Assembly: GCA_964291405.2 (NCBI GenBank) | Contig: OZ219926.1 | Span: forward strand, 4,352,001 to 4,416,000 | Source: Thermodesulfobacteriota bacterium | GTDB taxonomy: Bacteria > Desulfobacterota > Binatia > Bin18 | DNA length: 64,000 nucleotides | Direction of reading: 5' to 3' | Shown here: in pieces, positions 38,292-49,442 of the stretch | How the letters are laid out: every line of letters starts with the position of its first letter | Position numbering within the stretch: the stretch's first letter is position 1 | The notes under the pieces: generated by a model | Seen by the model: the letters and a program-made list of their open reading frames with translations, nothing else | Database searches by the model: none | What the model was told of the DNA's origin: nothing | Program-made: the position numbers and the translations under genes

Positions 38292-40016
38292 CTAGGCGCT
38301 GCGCACGATACGCCCCGGCCGAGCGCCGGTGTCTGTGCCGTTCTCTTGTACGACTTCGCCACTTACAAAGGTCTTTTCATACCCGCTCGCGGTTTGCATT
38401 AAACGCGGCATACCGGCGGGAAGATCGTAGATCATTTCCGGGTGGCTGACACTCAGATTGTCATAATCAATCACGTTCACATCGGCCTTCGCACCAGGCT
38501 CTAGCGTCCCGCGATCGGTCATCCCAAAGAGACGTGCGCTGTCGTGCGTCAACTTCTTGACCACAAACTCCAGCGGCAGCCGGCCTGGATCGCCGGCCGC
38601 TTTATCGCGCACCCAATGCGTTAGGGCGTACGTCGGCATACCTGCGTCTATGATTTGTCGTACATGAGCACCGGCATCGCTGCCACCCAGAACCGTAATC
38701 GGGTCGCATATCAGCTCGCGCAGGCAGTCGGCGTTGCCATCGGCATATCCGAATGCAGCATACATCAAGAAGGACCGGCCGTTTTGCTCTAACATCAGAT
38801 CGTAGACCACCTCGCGTGGGTCACGTTTCTCCCGCGCAGCCGTAGCCGCGATGCTCTGCGTGCTATCTGGCTCGTAACTGAGGGGCCGGCCCATGGGATA
38901 CGTTCGTTCCCAGACTTTCTCGTTTTGGTAGAGCAGCGACATCCCGGTTGTATGGGGGTCTGTTTCTGTGACGAGTTTTTGTCGCAGCGCAGGGGTGCGC
39001 AGGGCGGTCATTTTCTCATCGTGCGAGAGCTGTTTAAGCGGCTGAAAGCTGGGGAGATACTCAAACGGATTTTCTCCCTGGAAACTGAACAACACGCACA
39101 CTGGGCGGGCAAAAACCATGGGCACGATGGGTACGCCGCTTTCCACCGCAGCGGTACACTTGGCCATCACTTCCCGCCATTGATCCGGGTAGGTGTTAGT
39201 CTGAACGAAGGGGAACGTGAACGGACACCCGGTTGAACGGGCAATACGGATAAACATCTCGACTTCTTGCAGCAGTTCTGCGTTTTCCCCGCCCGCACCA
39301 CGTGGGACGACTTCGAGGATGCCACGTCCAGTCGATCGTACAGCCTTGGCTATACCAATCAGCTCTTCTTCTCTAGCAAACGTTCCGGGTACAGGTTCAC
39401 CATCGTTTGCGGTATGGGCTAAAGTACGCGAAGTCGAGAAGCCCAATGCGCCTGCGAGTACGGCTTCTTTGACAATAGTCGCCATCCGCGCAATGTCTTT
39501 TTCCGTTGCGGGTTCATTCCTGGCCCCGCGTTCACCCATCACAAAGGCTCGGACCGCGCCATGGGTAATCATACCGCCGACATCCAGGGTGCGTGGCATG
39601 TTGTCCAACACATCGAGATATTCGGGAAAACTCTGCCATCCCCAGGGCAAACCTGCTCTTAATGACGGGCCAGGAATATCTTCGACCCCTTCCATCAAGC
39701 CGATCAGCCAGTCGTGACGATCCGGAGTAGCGGGTGCAAATCCAACGCCGCAGTTCCCCATGACCACGGTTGATACGCCGTGCCACAGCGACGGGGTCAT
39801 TTGTTCATCCCAGGCAACTTGGCCGTCATAGTGCGTATGGACGTCCACCCAGGCCGGGGTGACCAGGAGGCCGTCCGCATCAATCGTTTTCTTTGCGCCA
39901 CCCAGATTTTTACCCACCGCAGCGATACGACCGGTCGCAAGAGCAACGTCTCCGGTAAACGCCGGTTTTCCGGTCCCATCAACAATGGTTCCGCCACGAA
40001 TCACAACGTCATGCAT
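38292..40016 (-). CDS. N-acyl-D-amino-acid deacylase family amidohydrolase
   Basis: VDVHTHYDGQ, VMGNCGVGFAP, LMEGVEDIP, SDAGAH; AAGGAGG RBS. Confidence 0.92.
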   Translation of the reverse strand: MHDVVIRGGTIVDGTGKPAFTGDVALATGRIAAVGKNLGGAKKTIDADGLLVTPAWVDVHTHYDGQVAWDEQMTPSLWHGVSTVVMGNCGVGFAPATPDRHDWLIGLMEGVEDIPGPSLRAGLPWGWQSFPEYLDVLDNMPRTLDVGGMITHGAVRAFVMGERGARNEPATEKDIARMATIVKEAVLAGALGFSTSRTLAHTANDGEPVPGTFAREEELIGIAKAVRSTGRGILEVVPRGAGGENAELLQEVEMFIRIARSTGCPFTFPFVQTNTYPDQWREVMAKCTAAVESGVPIVPMVFARPVCVLFSFQGENPFEYLPSFQPLKQLSHDEKMTALRTPALRQKLVTETDPHTTGMSLLYQNEKVWERTYPMGRPLSYEPDSTQSIAATAAREKRDPREVVYDLMLEQNGRSFLMYAAFGYADGNADCLRELICDPITVLGGSDAGAHVRQIIDAGMPTYALTHWVRDKAAGDPGRLPLEFVVKKLTHDSARLFGMTDRGTLEPGAKADVNVIDYDNLSVSHPEMIYDLPAGMPRLMQTASGYEKTFVSGEVVQENGTDTGARPGRIVRSA

Positions 40017-40035
40017 CCGTCTTCCTCCTTACACG

Positions 40036-40147
40036 GGGGTCGGTGTACCGTCTGCCCGGCAGGTCTGGGAATTGCGGGAAGCCCCCGGTGGTCTGTGCGT
40101 TCGGTTTCATACCTGAGCTGAGTACGAATTGATAGGCTGTCTTCCAT
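40036..40147 (-). pseudogene. Frameshifted 5' remnant, possibly of a Rieske ring-hydroxylating oxygenase alpha subunit
   Basis: GGAGAGG RBS then MEDSLSIRTQLRYETERT, continuing in another frame as GFPQFPDLPGRRYTDP; family assignment is from memory of such N-termini. Confidence 0.4.
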
Positions 40148-40168
40148 GTCCTCTCCCTTTGGATGCGA

Positions 40169-40195
40169 TGCATACCAAGGAAGGCTTGGTATGCA
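40169..40195. promoter_or_regulatory. Perfect inverted repeat, possible operator
   Basis: TGCATACCAAG-N5-CTTGGTATGCA in a divergent intergenic region. Confidence 0.4.
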
Positions 40196-40475
40196 GGCAC
40201 GCCCGAAAAAGCTGGGGCCTGTATCGATGAGCGAGAAGCCCCGCTCGGCTTTCCCGCCGTGGCGCGGTCTGCTGTCCTCCTGACAGCCTACGAAAGCAGT
40301 ACTTTTCCCGGCTTATCCGTTCCTCCTTTATCTTCTCCGGAGCGTCCGTTGCTACTACAAAAGAGAGAATGCCTCGTTTATGTTAAACAGTAGCTTAACC
40401 GTTACCGTATCCAGCTTGCAGTGATTATCCACGATCATTTTATTCCTGAATGGGCAAATATAACTCATCCCGTCC

Positions 40476-41837
40476 ATGCTTTCTAAAAAATCCTCCAACG
40501 CCTTGACCCAGGGTCGGGCAAAACGTGCGCTTCAGGTTGGCTCGCTTGCGACTGCGGTCAGCGGGAGCTACGCCTGGAACGCCCTGAAACAGCCCTTCCA
40601 GTCAGCAGATGAAAAAGAGCAGGAGCTGTTTGATCTGCATCTCAAGAACGCGCTGAAGATTGTGGAAGGCTCCCACGAACTCCGCGGCGCATTCATGAAG
40701 TTGATTCAAATGCTGAGCATGCGGAGCGATCTCTTTCCAATGGAGGTCCTCGACATTCTCGCGGTCGTCCAGTCGTCCGTTCCGCCGATGGATTATGATC
40801 TCATCCGAACCCAACTCAAAGACGAGCTTGGAAAAGAGCCGGAACAGCTCTTTCGATCCTTTGACAAAAAAGCCTTTGCCGCAGCCTCGCTGGGACAGGT
40901 CCACCGGGCACAACTCCAGAGTGGTGCAGAGGTGGTTGTGAAGGTCCAATATCCCGGGGTTGACGAGACTGTGGAACAGGACCTCAAGAACCTGAAAGCG
41001 CTGCTCAGCGCTTTGACTCTTATCCTCCGTGATGTCATGCGCCAGAACTTTGATGCGGCTGAGCTCTATCAAGAGATGGAAGAACGCCTACGAGAAGAAC
41101 TCGATTATATCAATGAAGCCAACAATATTGCGATTTTTCAGCGTCTCTTCGCCGGAGATGACGAGGTCATCATTCCCCGTGTCTATCCGGACTTCTCCTC
41201 GCGGCGGGTCTTAACCCTGGAATTTATTGAGGGGTACAAATTCAACGATGTGTTAGCTCCCGGCGTTGACCGAGAGCTTAAGGACTGGGTGGCGGTGAAG
41301 TATTTTGAGATTACCTGGCGGCAGATTTGTTCTTTTGGGGTGCTCCATACTGATCCGCATCCCGGGAATTATCTGATTACCTACCATCCTAAGATTGCCA
41401 TATTGGACTTTGGCAGTGTGCGCCTTTTCCCGGATGAGATTCGAGCCGGCTATCAGCGGTTGGCGCAAGCCGTCTTAGAGCGAGACGAAACAACCATGGC
41501 GCGTTGTTTTCTTGAACTCGGCTATCTTGATCCCGGTGATGATCCCGAGCCGCTTTTTCAGATCATGTATCTTATTTTTGAGCCCGTCCTGGAAGACCGC
41601 CCCTATGATCCCCGCAATTTTCACGCGGTGGAGAAGGCTAGGGAGGTGACGAATATCAGCCTCCAGCATCGGATATTGAAGACGCCTGGGCACCGGCTCT
41701 TTTTAGTTCGAGCGTTACTTGGCCTTGAGTCATACGTGCAGCAGTTCGGGACGGTGACCAATTGGCACCGGATTTTCCGGCGGTGCGTGACAACGACCTC
41801 AAAAAAGAGAAGTCGGAAGAAAGCGAAAAGGACTTGA
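40476..41837 (+). CDS. ABC1/UbiB/AarF-family atypical kinase
   Basis: FAAASLGQVHRA, VVVKVQYPG, EELDY, HTDPHPGN, LDFG. Confidence 0.94.
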   Translation: MLSKKSSNALTQGRAKRALQVGSLATAVSGSYAWNALKQPFQSADEKEQELFDLHLKNALKIVEGSHELRGAFMKLIQMLSMRSDLFPMEVLDILAVVQSSVPPMDYDLIRTQLKDELGKEPEQLFRSFDKKAFAAASLGQVHRAQLQSGAEVVVKVQYPGVDETVEQDLKNLKALLSALTLILRDVMRQNFDAAELYQEMEERLREELDYINEANNIAIFQRLFAGDDEVIIPRVYPDFSSRRVLTLEFIEGYKFNDVLAPGVDRELKDWVAVKYFEITWRQICSFGVLHTDPHPGNYLITYHPKIAILDFGSVRLFPDEIRAGYQRLAQAVLERDETTMARCFLELGYLDPGDDPEPLFQIMYLIFEPVLEDRPYDPRNFHAVEKAREVTNISLQHRILKTPGHRLFLVRALLGLESYVQQFGTVTNWHRIFRRCVTTTSKKRSRKKAKRT

Positions 41838-41877
41838 CGGAACTGGGGAACGGCACACGAGGCCCAACAGCGTGGTA

Positions 41878-42744
41878 TTACATCTCCACACCCTTGTCAG
41901 CCTCAAGAATATGGCAGCGGAGAATCGTCCACAGGGCGACAAAACCATCCTGCCACCGGATCTTTTTGCCTTCGGCATAGGTACGTGGACTATAGGAGAT
42001 CGGGACCTCACGGATGCGGACTCCACCACGAGCGATTTTGGCGGTAATCTCAGGTTCAAATCCAAAGCGTTTTGAACGGAGCGTGAGCCCCTGTAACACC
42101 TCGGAGCGGAACGCCTTATAACAGGTCTCCATGTCCGTCAGTTGGAGGTGGGTGCAGATATTGGAGACCGCCGTCAGGACTTTATTCGTGGCAGTGTGCC
42201 AGGAGGACGAGCATGCTGGGGAGTTCAGAAACCGCGACCCATACACCACATCAGCCTGGCCGGTCAGAAGTGGAGCGAGAAGTTGAGGATAATCGGAGGG
42301 AGAATATTCGAGGTCCGCATCCTGGATAAGAACGAAGGAGCCGGTGACGTGACGCAAGGCGGTCTGGACGGCTTGACCCTTCCCTTGATTGGCCGAGTGA
42401 AACAACGATTTTACCCGGCACGGAGCGGGAAGAGGGCTACCATCAAGCAGCAGCGTCACGTCGGGCAGAGTTCGGAGTAATTCTCGGGTACCATCAGTCG
42501 AGTTGTCATCAACGACAAGGATTTCTTTGGGAAAGGGCGTGCGGGCAACCCGCTTTAAGAGTTCATAAATGGTTTCGACCTCGTTATAGACTGGGATAAT
42601 GACGGACAGGAGGGGAGCCCAAGGAAGACGACTGCCCTCGGACATATCGGCTTGGTGGACTGTCTCACGGGAAGACTCTGCGGGATTGAACGCCGCGGAG
42701 GGACGCACTGAAGATGGCATACTCTTCTCAGCTCGTTGAAGCAT
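41878..42744 (-). CDS. GT2 glycosyltransferase (DPM1-like); true start probably further downstream
   Basis: SVIIPVYNE, VDDNSTDGT, NQGKG, IQDADLEY, TDMETCYK, FGFEPE. Confidence 0.93.
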   Translation of the reverse strand: MLQRAEKSMPSSVRPSAAFNPAESSRETVHQADMSEGSRLPWAPLLSVIIPVYNEVETIYELLKRVARTPFPKEILVVDDNSTDGTRELLRTLPDVTLLLDGSPLPAPCRVKSLFHSANQGKGQAVQTALRHVTGSFVLIQDADLEYSPSDYPQLLAPLLTGQADVVYGSRFLNSPACSSSWHTATNKVLTAVSNICTHLQLTDMETCYKAFRSEVLQGLTLRSKRFGFEPEITAKIARGGVRIREVPISYSPRTYAEGKKIRWQDGFVALWTILRCHILEADKGVEM

Positions 42745-42869
42745 TCCTCTTGAAAGGAATCGGCACCTCAGCAGTCATGCGTAGCCATTCTAGTATAGAC
42801 TGCTGGTGAGGACCAGCAGCAAAACGTGTCGTTACCCTTTGCCATAAATAATCGAGAGTAAGGATTTCC

Positions 42870-45164
42870 ATGCGGATCATACCCCTTACGGTAATCGGAG
42901 TGGCCCTCTTCCTCTTGAGCCTTGCCCTGGCAGAAACTGCGTCCAAAGCGCTGCCCGGTATGGAACCGTTTCCAGCGGTAGTCAAGCAACAGCTTGATCG
43001 AGCTCTCCAAGCGAAAGGAGACGCGTATACGCCCCGAACCCATCACCTCTTTGAAGATGGCCGTCCGCATTATACGAACCGACTTATCCTTGAACCCAGT
43101 CCCTATCTTCTCCAGCATGCGCACAATCCGGTCAATTGGTATCCGTGGGGAGAGGAAGCTTTTACCCGCGCAAAAAAAGAGAACAAACCCGTCTTCCTGT
43201 CTATCGGTTATTCAACTTGCCACTGGTGTCATGTGATGGAGCGGGAGTCTTTTGAGGATATGGCGATTGCCGAATACCTGAACCGCCACTATATCGCGAT
43301 CAAAGTTGATCGCGAGCAACGGCCGGACGTGGACGGCGTTTATATGACAGCCGTACAAATGTTGACCGGCCGAGGCGGCTGGCCCATGACCGTGTGGCTG
43401 ACCCCCGATCGTAGGCCCTTTTATGGTGGCACCTACTTCCCGCCGCGCGATGGTATGCGTGGGCAACGGACCGGACTGCTCACCCTGCTGTCCCGATTGC
43501 AAGCGGTCTATCACCAAGAGCCGGACCAAGTGGCCACGGTGGCGAAGAACCTGACGCAGAGCATACGGGCTGCCGTTGTCCCGGAGGCGTCGACAGAGCA
43601 CCCGACCCAGACCGCTTTAACACAGGCAGCCGAACAGTTCACCGCACGTTTTGATACGCAGTACGGGGGCTTTGGCAAGGCGCCGAAATTCCCGCGAAGC
43701 GTCACCTTAGAATTCCTCCTCCGCTATAGCCGACGGACCAATGATCCCGGGATTCGAAACATGGTGGTGCAGACCCTGGAGGCTATGGCGGCCGGTGGGA
43801 TATACGACCAGGTCGGCGGCGGATTTCATCGTTATGCCACGGATCAAAAATGGCGCGTCCCGCATTTTGAGAAAATGCTGTACGACAACGCGCTGCTCGC
43901 GATCGCCTACCTTGAAGGATATCAAATCGCCGGGCGGGAAGACTTCGCCCGCGTCGCCCGGGAAGTCCTGGAGTATCTCGATCGCGAGATGAGTGTTCCG
44001 GACGGTGGGTTTTACTCGGCTACGGATGCCGATAGCGAGGGCGAAGAGGGAAAATTCTTTACCTGGACGCTGTCCGAACTCGACCAACTCCTGAGTCAAA
44101 AACAGCTCCGGCTGGTCCAGTCCCATTATGGCGTGACGCCCCAGGGGAATTTCGAGGGCACGAATATTCTTCATGTTGTGCGTCCGCTTGAGGCAGTGGC
44201 AGAAGAAATGGGTCTCACCCTGGACCAAGCGCGGCGTGAACGTCAAGATGCCCGGGCGATTCTCTACCGAGCGCGACAGCAGCGGCATGTGCTCCATACG
44301 GATACCAAGGTGCTTGTGGCGTGGAATGGCCTTGTCATTTCGGCGTTTGCCAAAGGAGCGCATATCTTGAATGTTCCCGACTATGCCACGCGGGCAAGGC
44401 ACGCCGCGACGTTTCTTCTGACTCAGCTGAAACGAGAAGGGCGGCTGAGACGCAGCGCGCTGGGGACACGGATAGGCGGAGAGGCCTATCTCAATGATTA
44501 CGCTTGTCTCATTGCCGGCTTGCTCGATCTCTACGAGGTCACCTCTGAACTGCGCTGGCTGCAGGAAGCCATTGCGCTGCAAGCGATACAGGACTCCCAC
44601 TTCTGGGATGACAAAAACGGGGGCTACTTCCTGACCGCAGACGACGCTGAGCAACTCCTTGCTCGTGAAAAGCCTGCGTACGATGGCGCTGAACCGTCTG
44701 GTAATGCGGTGGCTACGCACAATCTCCTGCGGCTTGCGGAATGGACCCTGAACGCCAGCTATCGCCAGCGCGCGCAACACTGTCTCCAGGCATTTGCTTC
44801 GGCGCTGAAGCAGCGTCCGACCAGCATGCCACGTCTACTCAGCGCGCTCGATTTTTTTCTGGACCGCCCAAAAGAAATTGCGATTATCAAAGCGTCAACA
44901 GCCGATACGGTTGAGCCCTTCTTAGAGCAACTGCGCCGGTATTTTCTGCCGAATCGAGTCCTTACCATTGTGACGCAGGGAGACGAACTCGCCGCCCACC
45001 AGCAGGTCGTTCCGTGGCTGGAGGCGAAGCGGGCAATCAAAGGCAAAGTAACGGCCTACGTGTGTGAACAGCACGTCTGCTCCTTGCCGACGGCCGATCC
45101 GGGGATATTTGCGAAGCAGCTTGCCGCGACGATGCCGCTGTCTGTCGCCCCCTCACCTAAGTAA
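42870..45164 (+). CDS. YyaL/SSP411-family thioredoxin-domain protein with signal peptide
   Basis: [48 protein letters not shown]. Confidence 0.94.
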   Translation: MRIIPLTVIGVALFLLSLALAETASKALPGMEPFPAVVKQQLDRALQAKGDAYTPRTHHLFEDGRPHYTNRLILEPSPYLLQHAHNPVNWYPWGEEAFTRAKKENKPVFLSIGYSTCHWCHVMERESFEDMAIAEYLNRHYIAIKVDREQRPDVDGVYMTAVQMLTGRGGWPMTVWLTPDRRPFYGGTYFPPRDGMRGQRTGLLTLLSRLQAVYHQEPDQVATVAKNLTQSIRAAVVPEASTEHPTQTALTQAAEQFTARFDTQYGGFGKAPKFPRSVTLEFLLRYSRRTNDPGIRNMVVQTLEAMAAGGIYDQVGGGFHRYATDQKWRVPHFEKMLYDNALLAIAYLEGYQIAGREDFARVAREVLEYLDREMSVPDGGFYSATDADSEGEEGKFFTWTLSELDQLLSQKQLRLVQSHYGVTPQGNFEGTNILHVVRPLEAVAEEMGLTLDQARRERQDARAILYRARQQRHVLHTDTKVLVAWNGLVISAFAKGAHILNVPDYATRARHAATFLLTQLKREGRLRRSALGTRIGGEAYLNDYACLIAGLLDLYEVTSELRWLQEAIALQAIQDSHFWDDKNGGYFLTADDAEQLLAREKPAYDGAEPSGNAVATHNLLRLAEWTLNASYRQRAQHCLQAFASALKQRPTSMPRLLSALDFFLDRPKEIAIIKASTADTVEPFLEQLRRYFLPNRVLTIVTQGDELAAHQQVVPWLEAKRAIKGKVTAYVCEQHVCSLPTADPGIFAKQLAATMPLSVAPSPK

Positions 45165-45209
45165 GGGTCGCTCCCGTCCTATGAAGAATAAACACCAGGA
45201 GACCTCGGG

Positions 45210-47255
45210 CTACCCCCGGGAGAGTGGGGCTGTCTGAGCTTCCTGCTGGAGTCGGGTCATGTCCTCTCTCGGACCGGCTAGGATGAGCGTTTCGTCTTCC
45301 TGGAGCGGCTGGTCCGGCTGGGGGAGACGGTCTTCATAGCCGGACGCAGTCGTGTTGCGGATGGCCAACACCGTTATGCCATAGCGGACACGCAGGTCCA
45401 GTTCCTGCAGGGTTTTCCCTCGAAAAGGAGCCGGAACAGGCAGGGCTAAGATCGTATATTGGGACGGCATAGCCAGCGTTCCTTCGTCCTGCGCAGTCGA
45501 GTCCGGCAGCGTCCCGAGAAATTCTTTGCGCAGGACTTCTCGATCATAGACCTCAAGCAAGTCGGTCTGGGTGACAACGCCAATCACCTGGTTACTGGTC
45601 GCGTCCGCTGTGACCGGTAAACAATCGAGTTGGGTCTCGCGGAATTTGCGTAGGCACTCTGCCAGGGGCTCGTGCATATGGGCTACGGTGTGGACCGGAC
45701 GCGCCATGTCCCGTGCAACGACGAGACCATCAAGCCCCCCTTCGTTGAGGAAGGTTTTTATGTCGTGTAACGAAATCACACCGGTGAGTTGGTCGCCGGG
45801 GCTGACGGTATAGTAGTGTGGATCGGGTGAGCCGAGGACGCGGCTCACGACCTGTTGAAACGCCGTATCGTCCGACAGCGTCGGGGCCGGAGTATGCATG
45901 ACATCTGCGACGTGAAAGGAACGCATCACGGTCTCTTCCCGGCCCAGCGAGAGTGAAACGCCGCGGCGGGCGAGTTTGAGTGTATAAATCGAGTGGGGGT
46001 GGAGATACCGTGCCGTCACTGTGCTCAGGGTGCACGCAATCATAACCGGTAGAATGATTTGGTACCCATCAGTTAACTCAAACAGCATCAGAATGGCGGT
46101 TACTGGTGCGTGTGTTGTCCCGGCAACAACCGCACCCATACCAATCATGGCATAGGCTGCAGGCGTGGCGGTAATATTGGGAAAGACGAAGTGGACGAGT
46201 TGCCCGAAGAGGCCTCCTGCAACCACACCAAGAAAGAGCGACGGCGAGAAAATCCCCCCTGAAGCGCCAGACCCCAACGTTGTGCAGGTCGCAAGGAGCT
46301 TGAGCAAAAAGAGAAAGATCAGCATCTGCCATGCGGTAGTCTCATGCAGGAGGTGAGACATGGCTTCAAAGCCCGTCCCGTATACCTCCGGCGCGACAAG
46401 CAGGAGCCCGCCCACACACAGGCCACCCACGGTTGTTCGGAAGAGGGGCGGAAGCGCGCTGTGCTCAAACAAATCTTCGCTTTTATACAGCGCCCAGATA
46501 AACACCACGGCGACCAAACCCATCAGCATGCCGAGTACGGCGTACAGCGGGACTTCCCCATAGTGAACCAGGGTATACTCCGGGACGACAAAGGCGGGTG
46601 CATCTCCGAGATAGGCTCGGGAGACAGCTGTCGCTAACACCGAGGAGAGCACGATCGGTGCGAAGGTCGGAATGGAAAAATTCCCCAGAATGACTTCGAG
46701 TGCGAAAAATGCTCCGGCAATCGGTGCATTAAAGGTGGCGGCAATGCCGCCCGCTGCTCCACAGCCGACAAGGGTCCGGATACGTTCAGGAGAGAGACGG
46801 AGGATTTGTCCACACGTCGAGCCTAAGGCCGACCCGATTTGGATAACTGGACCTTCTCGGCCGGTCGAGCCGCCCGTACCGATGGTCACTGCGGAGGCCA
46901 GCGCTTTGGCAAAAGCCACCCGGGCGCGCATCATCCCGCCGTGCAGCGCAACGGCTTCCATCACCTCAGGGACGCCATGGCCTTTGGCCTCAACCGCCCA
47001 CTTATAGACGATCGGAGCAACCAGGGCTCCCCCAAGGGCAGGCAGCCCGACTTTCCAATACCACGGCAGGGTCGGGAGTACCGAGAGGGGCGAATCGCCG
47101 CCAAGGGCAATTCGCTGGACCGAATGGAGTAGTTCGTGAAAGGCAATGGCCGCAACGCCGACCAGCAGCCCGACACCGCAGGCCAGGGCTATGGTGAGTC
47201 CCTCTCGACCGGTTTGGAGCAAGTCCGTGAGGTATTTATACCAGGCGCTCAGCAT
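45210..47255 (-). CDS. ClC chloride channel/antiporter with CBS pair and TrkA-C domain (paralogue 2)
   Basis: GHGVPEV, GREGP, FNAPIAG, GGIFSP, SIYT; C-terminal GKTLQELDLR. Confidence 0.94.
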   Translation of the reverse strand: MLSAWYKYLTDLLQTGREGLTIALACGVGLLVGVAAIAFHELLHSVQRIALGGDSPLSVLPTLPWYWKVGLPALGGALVAPIVYKWAVEAKGHGVPEVMEAVALHGGMMRARVAFAKALASAVTIGTGGSTGREGPVIQIGSALGSTCGQILRLSPERIRTLVGCGAAGGIAATFNAPIAGAFFALEVILGNFSIPTFAPIVLSSVLATAVSRAYLGDAPAFVVPEYTLVHYGEVPLYAVLGMLMGLVAVVFIWALYKSEDLFEHSALPPLFRTTVGGLCVGGLLLVAPEVYGTGFEAMSHLLHETTAWQMLIFLFLLKLLATCTTLGSGASGGIFSPSLFLGVVAGGLFGQLVHFVFPNITATPAAYAMIGMGAVVAGTTHAPVTAILMLFELTDGYQIILPVMIACTLSTVTARYLHPHSIYTLKLARRGVSLSLGREETVMRSFHVADVMHTPAPTLSDDTAFQQVVSRVLGSPDPHYYTVSPGDQLTGVISLHDIKTFLNEGGLDGLVVARDMARPVHTVAHMHEPLAECLRKFRETQLDCLPVTADATSNQVIGVVTQTDLLEVYDREVLRKEFLGTLPDSTAQDEGTLAMPSQYTILALPVPAPFRGKTLQELDLRVRYGITVLAIRNTTASGYEDRLPQPDQPLQEDETLILAGPREDMTRLQQEAQTAPLSRG

Positions 47256-47321
47256 GGTTCCGATATCTGAAACGGGTTTGGGGTGGGTCGTTTGTACACA
47301 TGACGTGTCCTCAGGATCAGC

Positions 47322-49307
47322 CTATGATCCCCATGCTTGCATCATCTCCTCTGTGAGCTCGGTCAATCGACGCAGGTGTTCGGCACGGCCAACAAGCACA
47401 AGAGAGTCCTCCTGGCGTAAGGGGACGTCGGGGTCGGGGAGTTCGTCCGGGCTATGGAAGCCTCCACGGCGGACCGCGATAGCCGTCACATTAAACCGCC
47501 TGCGCAACTGTGACTCGCCCAGCGTTTTCCCAATGAGCGGCGGAGGGACATGTACGATTTCGACGATATATTCATGCGGCAAATGCACCTGTTGGTGGAC
47601 CATCTCTGTGAGCGCTTCAGAACGGAGACTGACGCCGAGGTATTCGTTGCGCAAGATCTCTCGATTGTAGAGATCCAGCACATCGTACCGCGAGACAACC
47701 CCTTCTAATTTCTGATCGGCCGAAAGAACGGGTAAATACTCTTGTTCACTCAGGCTGAACTTTTCGAGACAGCGCGCCAGTGTTTCCTGGGCGGTCGTGA
47801 CCGCGTCCGGGGGTCGGGCCAAGTCTGCCGCTACGACGAGCGGTGCCAGAGTGTCATCCTGAAGGGTTGCCTTCACGTCGTGAATGGAGATGATCCCGAG
47901 GAGGCGCTGGTTTGGATCAACCACAAAGCTCAACGGCAGCGTGCTGGCCAGGAAATGGTCCATGACTTCGGGGAATGGCGCTCCTTCTCGGAAGGTTGGC
48001 GGCTCTGGGCGCATGACCTGTCCTACGGTAAAACCCTGCATCAGGGTTTGTTCGCGCCGCCTAATGTCAATACCGCGCCGTAAGAGTTGTAAGGTGTAAA
48101 TCGACTCTTCCCGAAAGAGTTTGGCTACCACCGTGCTCACCGTACAACTGACCATCAGTGGCAGGATAATGTGATAGTCAGCGGTAATCTCGAAGAGCAG
48201 CAGGAAGGCGGTGATCGGACAGTGGACCACGCTAGCCAAGAAGGCGGCCATACCGACCAGCGCATAACCGCCGCTTGGGCCGGTAATCGCGGGAAAGGCT
48301 GCGCCGACGATCACGCCACACAGACTGCCTAATACGGCGCCGAGGTAGAGCGCCGGGAAAAAAAGTCCACCCGATCCACCCGAGGCCAGGGTCAGGCTGG
48401 TAGCCCCTATTTTGATGGGGAATAGTAGCAGCAAATATGTCCAGTCCAGGCCGCCCCGCAGAATGATATCCATAGTGCCGTGGCCCGTGCCGTACACATG
48501 CGGGGCAATAAGAATCAGACAGCCGACCAGGAATCCGCCCAGCGCCGGCTTGATCGTCTCAGGCAGGGTGATCTTTTCGGCTCCTTTTTCTAGCCGATCC
48601 AGGATGAACATAAAGGCCAGACCGCCAAGGCCACAGACAATACCGAGTCCGAGATAGAAGGGCAGCTCCCAGGTACTCAGCAGCGAATAAGCGGGGACCA
48701 CAAACGCGGGATGATCACCAAAATAGGACCGGCTCACAACCGTGGCGAGGACGGAGGACAACATCACGGGGCCAAAGGCCGGCATGGCGAAATTACCGAT
48801 CACGACTTCAAGCGCAAAGAAGGCACCGGCAATAGGCGCATTAAAAGCTGCCGCAATGCCGCCCGCGACGCCACAGCCCGCCAAGGTCGGCAGTCGATTG
48901 GGAGGCACTTTGAGCAATTGGCCGAGAAGCGAGCCCAGCGAGGCGCCAATATGGACGATGGGACCCTCGCGTCCGACTGAGCCTCCAGAGCCAATAGTGA
49001 GGGCAGAAGAAACGGATTTGGACAGGGCCGTCTGCCAGCGAAATTTTCCGTTCCCCAAGGCAACCGACTCAATGACTTCCGGGACCCCATGCCCTTGCGC
49101 GTCTCGCGAACGAAAAAAAGCGACCAGTCCGACCGCCAGTCCGCCGAGTGTGGGAACCAGAAGAATACGATACCAGGGCAACTCGGGAAGCACGTTGAGC
49201 GGCGGGTCGTCCGAGCTCAGCGCAAACCCCTGGACCAGGTGAATCAGCGCATCGTATAGAATGGCGCCACAGCCGGTGATAATGCCTACGGCGCAGGCCT
49301 GCGCCAT
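47322..49307 (-). CDS. ClC chloride channel/antiporter with CBS pair and TrkA-C domain (paralogue 1)
   Basis: GHGVPEV, GREGP, FNAPIAG, GGLFFP, SIYT; GKTLGESQLR; frame stays open about 38 codons upstream of the ATG. Confidence 0.94.
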   Translation of the reverse strand: MAQACAVGIITGCGAILYDALIHLVQGFALSSDDPPLNVLPELPWYRILLVPTLGGLAVGLVAFFRSRDAQGHGVPEVIESVALGNGKFRWQTALSKSVSSALTIGSGGSVGREGPIVHIGASLGSLLGQLLKVPPNRLPTLAGCGVAGGIAAAFNAPIAGAFFALEVVIGNFAMPAFGPVMLSSVLATVVSRSYFGDHPAFVVPAYSLLSTWELPFYLGLGIVCGLGGLAFMFILDRLEKGAEKITLPETIKPALGGFLVGCLILIAPHVYGTGHGTMDIILRGGLDWTYLLLLFPIKIGATSLTLASGGSGGLFFPALYLGAVLGSLCGVIVGAAFPAITGPSGGYALVGMAAFLASVVHCPITAFLLLFEITADYHIILPLMVSCTVSTVVAKLFREESIYTLQLLRRGIDIRRREQTLMQGFTVGQVMRPEPPTFREGAPFPEVMDHFLASTLPLSFVVDPNQRLLGIISIHDVKATLQDDTLAPLVVAADLARPPDAVTTAQETLARCLEKFSLSEQEYLPVLSADQKLEGVVSRYDVLDLYNREILRNEYLGVSLRSEALTEMVHQQVHLPHEYIVEIVHVPPPLIGKTLGESQLRRRFNVTAIAVRRGGFHSPDELPDPDVPLRQEDSLVLVGRAEHLRRLTELTEEMMQAWGS

Positions 49308-49442
49308 AATGGAAAACGGTTGGATACGGTTGAGCTGCCGGCGAATATGGGCGGGAAGAGAAAGACGTGGAAATTGCGTACGATACCTCTTTCTTGGGAG
49401 TTCCAGGACGGATACCCGGTCTTACCGTCCTGGATGCCGCAC

